Source: Acutalibacteraceae bacterium | GTDB lineage: Bacteria; Bacillota; Clostridia; Oscillospirales; Acutalibacteraceae | NCBI GenBank assembly: GCA_045537315.1 | Contig: JAZSPF010000042.1 | Location: forward strand, 1-44,054 | Length of the DNA stretch: 44,054 nt | Direction: 5' to 3' | Shown: one piece after another, positions 24,870-33,776 of the stretch | Layout: every line of letters starts with the position of its first letter | Position numbering within the stretch: the first letter of the stretch is position 1 | Made by a program: the position numbers and the translations under genes | The notes under the pieces: generated by a model | Databases searched by the model: none | Told to the model about the DNA's origin: nothing | The model's input: the letters and a program-made list of their open reading frames with translations, nothing else

Positions 24870-26585
24870 TTATCCTACTTGCCATTGGCTTGCGTTTTTA
24901 TAAGGGTTGGTTTTTATCTTTTTGGCTTTGTAATACGCCTGAGGGTACCTTGGATTTGAATTGACAACTGCCCTTGAGGTGTCAACACTTGTGCTTTCGC
25001 CCGGTCTTACGAGACGGGCAACCACAACAAAACGTGCATCCTCAAACTCGTGTGAGCAGGTGGAAAGAGTGAGAATTCTGTCCGTTGCCACAACATCAAC
25101 ACCTGTGTCATAAAGAGAACGCTGTGAAAGCTCGTTGAGGTAAGCCGAGAAGCGGTCATAGGAACTCAGACTCGTGAAATAATAGGGGAAAATGTAGTTG
25201 TTAATATCATCTTTGCCGTAAGCGTTAGTGATGAAAGCGGCAATTATTTTCCAACTGTAATCCTTATAAAGTGTGTTGAATGTTATTACGGGAGCTTTCT
25301 TAAAGCCGTCGATTTTTTTATAGGCGTCAAGAGTACCGAAAATAGTGTTGTTATTCATATGGTGACCGAAAATCACCGTATTCATATCAAGTGGGTCAAT
25401 ATTGTTAAGGTGTGTCACAAATGGACAGCCGTATTTTGTGCTTTGACCGTAGAAGTTCTTTTTGAGGTACTCCTCATCGTTATTAGACTGCACAACGGGC
25501 AGGTTAAGGCCGACGCCTTCCGCTGAAAGATAGCCTACAAAGTCCTGGTTTTCGGCATAGAGCTTGGCGTACTTGAGCTGGATATTTGCAGGAAAAATAA
25601 CATTGGGATATTCCTGCTTTATCTGCGCCCATTGCTGTTCAGGTGTTAGCTGCACTTCCGGTTCATCGTCGTCTTTATCATCTTTTTTATTCGTTGTGGC
25701 TTCTTCAATAATAAGGTTTGAGGCTTCTTCTTCCACATTTTCATTCTGCTTGGCAAGTCTGTATTCGTTAATGAGCATGCCTGCTGAAATGATTATGAGG
25801 ATAATGGATACTGCGAGCACAACTCTTCTGATTATTTCTTTTTTAGGCAAAGGCACCTTTTCATCATCCCCGGACATAGACATATCTTTTGCATGCTTTT
25901 TTAGCGAAAAAGTTTTTTTCTCAGGATTTTCTTCGTCGCTGAAAGCGCGTTCCTTTTCTCTTATGAGGGTATCAATTTCCGTAGAATCAAAATCCACCTC
26001 GTCAATTTCAATGCTTTCACTTACGGGCATAGCTCTTGCCGCCTTTTGCGCAGGGGTGAGCGAAATCTCTTCCACTTCAAATTCTTCCTGAAACTGAAGC
26101 GGTTCCTGACGGAAGCTGCCCTGAGCAAAGCTTGCTCCCACTTCCGCGCTTTTTGGTGCAGAGGAAGACTCATCAAAATCGGGACTCTGATAGAGGACTC
26201 TTGTGCCGGGATTAGCCTCACCGTTTGCCACTGCAGGCTGTTCGGGTACCTGAGGGACCTGCGGCACAGGGGGCATATATGGAACATAGGGATAGACCGG
26301 CATAGGCTGGGGGTAAGGCATCTGGGGTGCAGGGGCATATACAGGCTGACCGTTTGCGTCGGTGCCGACCTGCACATAGGGGTAAGCCGGTGCGCCGTAG
26401 ACGGGCATAGCGCCGTAAGGGGCAGGTTGCGCCTGAGCCTGCTGCTGACGCTGGAGCTGTTCCTGCTGCATCGGTGTAGGCGTGACCTGTTTTCTTGGTC
26501 TTGTTGGCGGCGGAGCGGTTTGCCGTTTTATCTCCGGAATATCGGGAGCGCCCGGCAAGGTGCCGTCTTCATAAATGTTTTTCAT
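24870..26585 (-). CDS. class B-like sortase with long Pro/Gln-rich N-terminal extension
   Basis: 571 aa. TM at about residues 250-275. Catalytic TLSTC motif (LTLSTCSHEF) and an upstream His (FGHHMNNNTIFG). Confidence 0.8.
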   Translation of the reverse strand: MKNIYEDGTLPGAPDIPEIKRQTAPPPTRPRKQVTPTPMQQEQLQRQQQAQAQPAPYGAMPVYGAPAYPYVQVGTDANGQPVYAPAPQMPYPQPMPVYPYVPYMPPVPQVPQVPEQPAVANGEANPGTRVLYQSPDFDESSSAPKSAEVGASFAQGSFRQEPLQFQEEFEVEEISLTPAQKAARAMPVSESIEIDEVDFDSTEIDTLIREKERAFSDEENPEKKTFSLKKHAKDMSMSGDDEKVPLPKKEIIRRVVLAVSIILIIISAGMLINEYRLAKQNENVEEEASNLIIEEATTNKKDDKDDDEPEVQLTPEQQWAQIKQEYPNVIFPANIQLKYAKLYAENQDFVGYLSAEGVGLNLPVVQSNNDEEYLKKNFYGQSTKYGCPFVTHLNNIDPLDMNTVIFGHHMNNNTIFGTLDAYKKIDGFKKAPVITFNTLYKDYSWKIIAAFITNAYGKDDINNYIFPYYFTSLSSYDRFSAYLNELSQRSLYDTGVDVVATDRILTLSTCSHEFEDARFVVVARLVRPGESTSVDTSRAVVNSNPRYPQAYYKAKKIKTNPYKNASQWQVG

Positions 26586-26627
26586 ATTGCATTTTCCTTT
26601 ATATATAAATTGGGGTAGCGTTCAGTA

Positions 26628-27872
26628 TCAGTGTGAGCTTCTGAGAATACTCATACGAAGCTCATTGAAGGCATTTGAGGCGGCAACGTGACGGTTATAG
26701 TCACGGCAATTACTGCCCCTGTGGCCTGTGAGAAGTTTTTTTACAGAGGTTTCCTTTTCACTTGCTACGGCAATATAGATAAGTCCTACTTCTTGTTCGT
26801 CACCGGGGCCTGCGTAGCCCGTTATGCTCACACCGTAGGTCGCACCTGAAAGTGCTTTTACGCCCTGAGCCATTTCTTTTGCCGTTTCTTCACTTACGGC
26901 AGTGTATTTGTCCAAAGTTTCCTGCTTTACGCCGAGAACTTTGTGTTTGATTTCGTTTGAGTAGGATATAACACCGCAGTGGAATATTTCGGATGCACCG
27001 GAAATATCTGTGATTCTTTTACCGCAAAGTCCGCCCGTACAGCTTTCTGCAAAGGCAACGGTCTCGTGTTTTTCTTTAAGCAGAGCCACAACGGTCTCTT
27101 CAATGCTGTCAGTGTCAATGCCGTAAATGCTTTCGCCGAGCCTTGTTTTGATTTCGTCTATAACGGGTTTCATAAGCTCTTCGGCTTTTTCTTCGTTTTG
27201 TGCCTTTGCAGTCACCCGAAGAAGAGCCTCACCGCTTTTTGCATAGGGAGCAACTGTAGGGTTACTGCCCCGGAGCAAATCCTCCACCTTTTCCGACATA
27301 TAGCTTTCGCCTATGCCGAAGGTGCGTATGTTATGAGAGACGATAACGCTATCGGTGTATGCCATAAGATAAGGCCTCACACTTTCACGGTACATGGGAA
27401 TCATCTCTTTAGGCGGGCCGGGCATGACGATAATTATCTTGCCGTCCTTTTCTAAAATAAAGCCGGGAGCGGTGCCGTTGTTATTGACAAGTACCCTGCC
27501 GACTGTGGGCACGAGTGCCTGTTTTTTATTGCACTCGGGCATAGGGTCTATATTTTTCAGTTTAAAGTAGCTTTCGATTTCCCTTAATATTTCACTGTCC
27601 TCTTTGAGCGGGATGCCGAAATACTTACAGCAGGTCTCTTTGGTCAGGTCGTCGGGAGTAGGACCCAGACCGCCTGTAAGAATAACTGCCTGACAAGACT
27701 CAAAAGCGCTGTCAAGGGCACTCATAAGTCTGCCCTCATTGTCGCCCACGGTGGTGTGGCGCATAACGTTTATGCCAAGTAAAGCAAGCTCCTTTGACAG
27801 AAACTGCACATTGCTGTTGAGAATGTCACCTAAAAGTATTTCAGTGCCTACGCTGATAAGTTCACAGTTCAT
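26628..27872 (-). CDS. cinA: competence/damage-inducible protein CinA (MoCF-like + PncC nicotinamide-nucleotide amidase domains)
   Basis: 414 aa. N-terminus MNCELISVGTEILLGDILNSN and the LTGGLGPTPDD motif. Confidence 0.9.
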   Translation of the reverse strand: MNCELISVGTEILLGDILNSNVQFLSKELALLGINVMRHTTVGDNEGRLMSALDSAFESCQAVILTGGLGPTPDDLTKETCCKYFGIPLKEDSEILREIESYFKLKNIDPMPECNKKQALVPTVGRVLVNNNGTAPGFILEKDGKIIIVMPGPPKEMIPMYRESVRPYLMAYTDSVIVSHNIRTFGIGESYMSEKVEDLLRGSNPTVAPYAKSGEALLRVTAKAQNEEKAEELMKPVIDEIKTRLGESIYGIDTDSIEETVVALLKEKHETVAFAESCTGGLCGKRITDISGASEIFHCGVISYSNEIKHKVLGVKQETLDKYTAVSEETAKEMAQGVKALSGATYGVSITGYAGPGDEQEVGLIYIAVASEKETSVKKLLTGHRGSNCRDYNRHVAASNAFNELRMSILRSSH

Positions 27873-27898
27873 ATGAAACCTCTTTTGTAATTTTTAAG

Positions 27899-29071
27899 TT
27901 AATCGATGCTTTCATAGCGTACAGTGCTGATTGCTTCCTCTATCATTTCACTGAAATCCACTGCACTTTCTGCTTCTTCAATAAGCTCTAAAGTGGGTCT
28001 TGTTCTGGGATGCTTGGGAGTGAAAACAGTGCAGCAGTCCTCATAAGGAAGAATGGATGTTTCGAAGGTGCCTATTTTTCTGGAAATTGTGATAATCTCA
28101 TCCTTATCCATACCGATAAGCGGGCGGAAAACAGGCATATTAGTTGCCGCATCTGTGCAGGCAATAGCACCTAAGGTCTGGGAAGCAACCTGACCGAGAC
28201 TTTCACCTGTTACAAGAGCTCCGCAACCGTCACGCTCTGCAAGTCTTACGGATATTTTCATCATAAGACGGCGCATTATAATGGTGAAGAGTTCTTCGGG
28301 GCAGTTCTCTTTTATTGCCTCCTGAATTTTTGTGAAGTTGACAACGGCGAAGTTTACTCTGCCGCTGTATTTTGCAACAATTGACACAAGGTCACGCACC
28401 TTCATTTCAGCTCTCTGTGAAGTGTAAGGCGGTGCGGCAAAATGTATTGCCGTGAGCTGAAGGCCTCTTTTTGACATCATATAGCCTGCAACAGGGGAGT
28501 CGATGCCACCTGAGACAAGAAGGGCAACTCTGCCTGCGGAGCCTACGGGCATGCCGCCGGCGCCCTTAATCTGATTGCCGTGAATGAAAACGTTGTTGTC
28601 TCTGACTTCGACAGTGACAATAATATCAGGGTTATGCACATCAACGCTTAAAGTATGGATGTTTCTTAAAAGATGCGCACCTACCTCACGGCATATTTCA
28701 GGTGAGGTCATGGGGAAACGCTTGTCGCTTCTCTTTGCGTTGACCTTAAAGGTTTTTACACCGCGAAGCTCGTCACCCAGATATTCCAGAGCAACTCTCT
28801 TTATATCTTCAAAGTCTTTTTCGGCAACAGCGGCTCTTGAAAAAGCTGCGATGCCAAAGACCTTTTTGACTGTTTCTACCGCCTCGTCAAAATCTATATC
28901 ATCACAGGCAGGTGTGGCAATAACCGTAGACTGTGATTTAGTGAAGGTAAACTTGCCTACACTGTTCATAAGGCGTCTTTTCATATTCTTGACAAGTATG
29001 TCTTCAAAGGTGCTTCTGTTGAGACCCTTTAAAGCGAGCTCGCCGTTTTTAATAAGTAATACTTCTTTCAT
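27899..29071 (-). CDS. thiI: tRNA 4-thiouridine(8) synthase ThiI (no rhodanese domain)
   Basis: 390 aa. N-terminal ferredoxin-like/THUMP region and the PP-loop SGGIDSPVA. Confidence 0.9.
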   Translation of the reverse strand: MKEVLLIKNGELALKGLNRSTFEDILVKNMKRRLMNSVGKFTFTKSQSTVIATPACDDIDFDEAVETVKKVFGIAAFSRAAVAEKDFEDIKRVALEYLGDELRGVKTFKVNAKRSDKRFPMTSPEICREVGAHLLRNIHTLSVDVHNPDIIVTVEVRDNNVFIHGNQIKGAGGMPVGSAGRVALLVSGGIDSPVAGYMMSKRGLQLTAIHFAAPPYTSQRAEMKVRDLVSIVAKYSGRVNFAVVNFTKIQEAIKENCPEELFTIIMRRLMMKISVRLAERDGCGALVTGESLGQVASQTLGAIACTDAATNMPVFRPLIGMDKDEIITISRKIGTFETSILPYEDCCTVFTPKHPRTRPTLELIEEAESAVDFSEMIEEAISTVRYESID

Positions 29072-29074
29072 TTC

Positions 29075-30202
29075 TTACCTCTTCATTATGGTGTTCATGG
29101 CTTTTTTGATGCCGCTTATAAAATAGTCGAGTTCTGCTTCGGTTGTAAACCTTGAAAGGCTCACACGAAGTGAGGAGTCAATCTGTCTGTCAGAAAGCCC
29201 CATGGCAGTGAGAACATAGCTTTTGTGTCCCTTTGCACAGGCGGAGCCTGAGGAAACATATATGCCCATTGACGACAGCAGATTAAGCACGGTTTCTGAG
29301 CGAAGCCCCTCAAGGGAAAGGTTGACTATATAGGGTAGGGCGTTTTCCGGACTGTTTATGCTGACACCTTCTGTGGCATTCAGTTTATTTATAAAGCTGT
29401 CACGAAGCTTTGTGACTTCAGCAAGGGATTTGCTTACGTTCAACTCTTCCACAGCGCCGAAGAAGCCTGCGATTGCAACCATTGGCTCTGTGCCGGGGCG
29501 AAGGTCTTTTTCCTGACCGCCGCCAAAAGCGTTGGGAGTAAGCTTAGTGCCGTTTTTGACAAAGAGGGCACCTGCGCCTTTTGGACCGTGTATTTTATGT
29601 GAGCTTATACTCATTAAATCTGCACCAAGCTTTTTGACATTAAGGGGGAGCTTGCCGTAAGCCTGAACAGCGTCAATGTGAAAAACGGCAGGTGAGTTTT
29701 TTCTTTTAATGATGTTTTTGATTTTGTCTACCGGTTGAACGGAGCCAACTTCGTTATTGACAGCCATTATGCTCACGAGAACGGTTTTTTCGTCAACTTC
29801 GTTTTCAAGCGTCTCAAGGTCAATGAGTCCCCATTTATCTGTGGGGATTTTAACTACAGTGAAGCCTTCGCTGTGGAGATGCTCAAAGCACTTAAGCACA
29901 CTGGGATGCTCAACGGCACTTGTTATGACCTTGTTGCCTTTTCTTTTCATAGCGTGAGCCGCACCCAGAATTGCAAGGTTATTGCTTTCTGTGCCGCCGC
30001 TTGTGAAAAGGATTTCCTTTTCATCTGCGCTGAGACTTTTTGCAATGGCTCGTCTTGCCGAGATGAGAAGTGTATCGGCATCGATGCCTTTTTCGTGCAG
30101 AGAGGACGGATTTCCCCAACACTCATCTATTGCAAAAAGCATCTTTTCTCTTGCGCTTTTGCAAGGCTTTGTTGTTGCACTGTTATCAAGATAAGCTGTC
30201 AA
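29075..30202 (-). CDS. cysteine desulfurase (NifS/NifZ/IscS class)
   Basis: PLP-lysine SSHKIHGPKG and active-site Cys in SSGSACA. TTG start 8 nt after GGAGG. Sits directly upstream of thiI, as with B. subtilis nifZ-thiI. Confidence 0.88.
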   Translation of the reverse strand: MTAYLDNSATTKPCKSAREKMLFAIDECWGNPSSLHEKGIDADTLLISARRAIAKSLSADEKEILFTSGGTESNNLAILGAAHAMKRKGNKVITSAVEHPSVLKCFEHLHSEGFTVVKIPTDKWGLIDLETLENEVDEKTVLVSIMAVNNEVGSVQPVDKIKNIIKRKNSPAVFHIDAVQAYGKLPLNVKKLGADLMSISSHKIHGPKGAGALFVKNGTKLTPNAFGGGQEKDLRPGTEPMVAIAGFFGAVEELNVSKSLAEVTKLRDSFINKLNATEGVSINSPENALPYIVNLSLEGLRSETVLNLLSSMGIYVSSGSACAKGHKSYVLTAMGLSDRQIDSSLRVSLSRFTTEAELDYFISGIKKAMNTIMKR

Positions 30203-30351
30203 CGGGCATACCTCCTCATCATAATTAGTTTTATTATACTATAAATAAGTTTTTTATGCAATGAATAGCTAAAAAAATAAGGGATATTTTTTTGAATAAA
30301 TCGTAAAATAATTTTAGCTGATCCCAAAACAATCAATAAGGAGACAGGAAA

Positions 30352-31695
30352 ATGCACAACAAACAAAAAAGAAGATTTATCAGAATTATCAGTTTTCTTT
30401 CGGCGGCGGTTATTCTGCTGAGCTTCAGCACCGCCATATTCGCGTCCAAGGCAAAAAAATATGAATTTGCAAACGAGATAGTCTATCAGCGTTCAATGAA
30501 CGAGCTTTGCGAAAACCTTGATAATATCAGCGTCAGCCTGCAAAAAGGCATTTATTGCGGTACCGGAGAAAAACTGCTGAGTGTAGGCAACGAGCTGACA
30601 AGACAGGCAACCGCGGCAAAAATGTGTCTGTCACAGATAACTGACGAAAACATTGTCAGCGAAGAAATCTACAAATTCCTTTCTCAGATAGGCGCCTACA
30701 CAGTTTCACTTGCCCAAGGTGAAGATAAGCTGAGTATTTCTGAGAAAGATGCAGAAAGTCTTGCGGCTTTGCTTGAATATTCTCAGAAGCTGAGCCAATC
30801 CCTCAGCGAAGTCCTTTCCTCATACAGTGACGGCAGTGTTTCCACACAGAATAAAAAAAGCACTTTATCTCTTAATGTACCCGAGATGCCCAAAAGCCTT
30901 TCATCATCCCTTAACGATGCCGAGCAAAGCCTTACAGATTATCCCACACTTATTTATGACGGACCCTTTGCCGACAGCATTCTCAATAAAAAAGGCGGTC
31001 AAAGCCTTGAGGGGCTTCGTGAAATAACAAAGGAAGAAGCAAAGAAAAAAGCCGCCGAAATTATGAATACTGCCCCCGAAAGTCTCAGACAGGAAGAGGA
31101 CAGCAACTCAAAGATACCGCTTTACTGCTTCTCTAAAGGCGATATGAGTGTGGGCATAACAAAAAAAGGCGGCAAAATCTGCTATCTGATAAATCCCGTG
31201 TCACCTCTTGAAGAAACTATCAGCACACAGGAAGCTGTAAAAAGGGCGGGACAGTTTCTTAAAAAGTATGGTTACGACAATATGAAAGAGAGCTACTATA
31301 GTGTTTATGACGGAATTTGTACCGTTAATTTTGCTTACACCAACGAAGGGATAATTCACTACAGTGACCTTATAAAAGTCAGTGTCGCGCTCGACAGTGG
31401 GGAGGTCACTGCCCTTGATGCCACATCTTATCTTGTCAACCACTGCAAAAGGGATATATACGGCACTGTGGTAACGGAAAAAGAGGCTATAGAAAAAGTT
31501 TCTCCCCTGCTTTCCGTAACAGGCACAAAATCGGCGGTTATCCCTCTTGACACGGGCAAGGAAGCCTATTGCTATGAGTTTCACTGTAAGGACAAGCAGG
31601 GTCAGGAAGTTCTGGTCTATATTGACAAGCAAACAGGCGAAGAAAGAGATATTCTGTTGCTGCTTTATGCTGACGGGGGAACGCTGACAAAATAA
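30352..31695 (+). CDS. ypeB: germination protein YpeB-like (PepSY-domain)
   Basis: 447 aa with an N-terminal TM. The length and overall pattern resemble YpeB. Assigned by eye only. Confidence 0.6.
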   Translation: MHNKQKRRFIRIISFLSAAVILLSFSTAIFASKAKKYEFANEIVYQRSMNELCENLDNISVSLQKGIYCGTGEKLLSVGNELTRQATAAKMCLSQITDENIVSEEIYKFLSQIGAYTVSLAQGEDKLSISEKDAESLAALLEYSQKLSQSLSEVLSSYSDGSVSTQNKKSTLSLNVPEMPKSLSSSLNDAEQSLTDYPTLIYDGPFADSILNKKGGQSLEGLREITKEEAKKKAAEIMNTAPESLRQEEDSNSKIPLYCFSKGDMSVGITKKGGKICYLINPVSPLEETISTQEAVKRAGQFLKKYGYDNMKESYYSVYDGICTVNFAYTNEGIIHYSDLIKVSVALDSGEVTALDATSYLVNHCKRDIYGTVVTEKEAIEKVSPLLSVTGTKSAVIPLDTGKEAYCYEFHCKDKQGQEVLVYIDKQTGEERDILLLLYADGGTLTK

Positions 31696-32021
31696 ATGCA
31701 GAATGCAGAGTGCAGAATGCAGAATTGTGGTCGCGACTTTTAAAGTGCAGAACGCAGAGCGCAGAGTGCAGAACGGTGGTCGCGGACATAGCCTACCGCG
31801 ATCAAAAGTTTTTCTCCGCGGAATGAAAACTCAGAAACGGTAAATTTCATCAATCTTAATATAAGGCAGGTCACTACCAAACTGTAGTGACCTGCTGAAC
31901 TTTTATAATTTACAGAGTCGGTATCTTATGCCAACTCTCTTTGCGGGTAAAAATGTACCTTTTAGTTAAAAGTGATCCCGCGACCACAATTCTGCATTCT
32001 GCACTCTGCACTCTGCATTCA
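31695..32021 (+). repeat. heptad-TIR element, copy E1 (about 327 bp)
   Basis: Left end has two units: (RRYGCAG)x4 + AATTGTGGTCGCGAC, then TTTTAAAG + (RRYGCAG)x4 + AACGGTGGTCGCGG. The right end (31978-32020) is the inverted complement of unit 1 with about 1 mismatch. The core holds the hairpin GCAGGTCACTAC/GTAGTGACCTGC. Confidence 0.85.
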
Positions 32022-32050
32022 AAAAGAGCCGTCTTTAAAGCGGCTCTTTT
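32021..32050 (-). terminator. rho-independent terminator for the Asn-rich peptide gene (symmetric)
   Basis: AAAAGAGCCG-tctttaaag-CGGCTCTTTT. Confidence 0.75.
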
Positions 32051-32064
32051 CAAAGAGAGAATAA

Positions 32065-32247
32065 TCAGTTGTTGATATTGTTGTTATTTTTGTTTTGCTG
32101 ATTGTTGTTACTCTTTCCCTGAGACTGAGGAGGATTGGCAGAATTCTGGGAATTTGATTTTGAGTTCTCTCTTCCGGACTGCTTGTTGTTGATATTGTTG
32201 ATGTTACTGCTGTTGTTATTATTGTTGTTGCTGCTGTTGTTGTTCAT
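32065..32247 (-). CDS. 60-aa Asn/Ser/Gln-rich hydrophilic peptide (hypothetical)
   Basis: AGGAG 9 nt upstream of the ATG and its own terminator. Nearly half the residues are Asn and there is no hydrophobic segment. Confidence 0.55.
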   Translation of the reverse strand: MNNNSSNNNNNNSSNINNINNKQSGRENSKSNSQNSANPPQSQGKSNNNQQNKNNNNINN

Positions 32248-32336
32248 AAAGATTATCTCCTTTGCATATAAATCGGATATCCGATTATAGTTTTAACCGC
32301 AGCAAAAGAAATATTCACTCTGCGGGCATGAATTTT

Positions 32337-32365
32337 TTGACAAAAAAATTAAGCATATGTATAAA
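32337..32365 (+). promoter_or_regulatory. promoter candidate for the alcohol dehydrogenase gene
   Basis: TTGACA, 17 nt, TATAAA. Confidence 0.45.
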
Positions 32366-32452
32366 AAATTCCTTTTTGCACTTGCAATAGAAGAAAAATA
32401 ATAGTAATATATAAGATATGTATTATTTCATTTTGAAAGGAAGAAAATAACT

Positions 32453-33658
32453 ATGTGGCAAGTTAAAAAAGCTTTTTACAGAGTTTATCAGCAGGCCTTC
32501 AGAGTAGGCATGTGTGTCTTTGATTGGTCAGAGCCCACTCTTCTTGAGGGTCCCGGTGCTATCAAAAAGCTCCCCGAATTTATCAAGGGTAAGGGTCTCA
32601 ACAAGGTTCTTGTTGTAACAGATAAGGGTCTTATGGGCATCCACCTTCTTGATTCTCTTTTTGAAGAGCTTGAAAAAGCAGGTGTTGAGTATGTTGTTTA
32701 TGACGGAACTCAGCCCAACCCCTCAATTGAAAATATTGAGGATGCACGTCAGCTTTATGTTGATAACAACTGTGAAGGCGTTATCGCTTTTGGCGGCGGC
32801 TCACCCATGGACTGCGCTAAGGCTGCAGCAGCAAGAGTCACTAACCCGAAAATCCCCGTAAGAAAAATGCGTGGCGTACTGAAGCTTCATCACAAGCTTC
32901 CTCCCTTCTTTGCAGTACCCACAACAGCAGGTACAGGCTCAGAGACTACTCTCGCAGCAGTTGTTACAGACACTGCAACTCACGAAAAGAATGCAATCAA
33001 CGACCCCAGACTCAGACCTAAGTTTGCAGTTCTTGACCCTGAGCTTACAGTAGGTCTTCCCCCTCACATTACCTCAACAACAGGTATGGATGCTCTCACT
33101 CACGCAGTTGAGGCTTACATAGGCAAGAGCAATGTCAAGTCAACAGAGGCTTATGCTGAAAAGGCAACAAAGATGATTTTTGAAAACATCGAAACTGCTT
33201 ATGCTGACGGCAAAAACATTGAAGCAAGAAACAATATGCTCAAGGCTTCCTTCTATGCAGGTCAGGCTTTCACAAGAGCATATGTAGGTTATGTACACGC
33301 TATCGCTCACAATCTTGGCGGTCACTACGGCGTACCTCACGGTCTTGCAAATGCAGTTATCCTTCCTTATGTGCTTGAATATTACGGCGAGAGCGCACAC
33401 AAGCGTCTTGCAAAGCTTGCAGTTATTGCAGGAGTTAAGACAGACGGTACAGATAAGGAAAAGGCAGAGGCATTCATCGAAGCTATCAAGACTCTCAACA
33501 AGAATATGAATATCCCCGACAGCTTTGATATGGTTCAGGAAAAGGATATTCCCGTTATCGTTGAAAGAGCTCTCAAGGAAGGCAATCCTCTTTATCCCGT
33601 ACCTAAGATTATGGATAAGGCAGACTGCGAAGCTGTAATCAGAAGAATGATGAAATAA
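32453..33658 (+). CDS. iron-containing (group III) alcohol dehydrogenase
   Basis: 401 aa. GGGSPMDCAKA motif and His cluster (HAVEAY...HAIAHNLGGHYGVPHG). Confidence 0.9.
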   Translation: MWQVKKAFYRVYQQAFRVGMCVFDWSEPTLLEGPGAIKKLPEFIKGKGLNKVLVVTDKGLMGIHLLDSLFEELEKAGVEYVVYDGTQPNPSIENIEDARQLYVDNNCEGVIAFGGGSPMDCAKAAAARVTNPKIPVRKMRGVLKLHHKLPPFFAVPTTAGTGSETTLAAVVTDTATHEKNAINDPRLRPKFAVLDPELTVGLPPHITSTTGMDALTHAVEAYIGKSNVKSTEAYAEKATKMIFENIETAYADGKNIEARNNMLKASFYAGQAFTRAYVGYVHAIAHNLGGHYGVPHGLANAVILPYVLEYYGESAHKRLAKLAVIAGVKTDGTDKEKAEAFIEAIKTLNKNMNIPDSFDMVQEKDIPVIVERALKEGNPLYPVPKIMDKADCEAVIRRMMK

Positions 33659-33731
33659 GAACCAGACCCGATGAGCAATCGAAGGTTGCGGTCGGGCACC
33701 ACGGAACTTTGTTGTTTCACAATAAAAATTA

Positions 33732-33771
33732 TCGGTGTTCTCTCTCTTGGAGAACACCGATGTTGTTTTTT
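33732..33771. terminator. terminator between convergent genes
   Basis: TCGGTGTTCTC-tctcttg-GAGAACACCGA followed by a T-rich tract. Confidence 0.7.
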
Positions 33772-33776
33772 GTTGC

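Noticed and set aside
31695-32021. CRISPR array interpretation for the heptad repeats, and also for the hairpin array at 8915-9080.
   Set aside because: The repeat units are 7 nt (or ~20-nt palindromes with variable cores), not constant 24-40 nt repeats separated by unique spacers. No cas genes or leader are present in the window.
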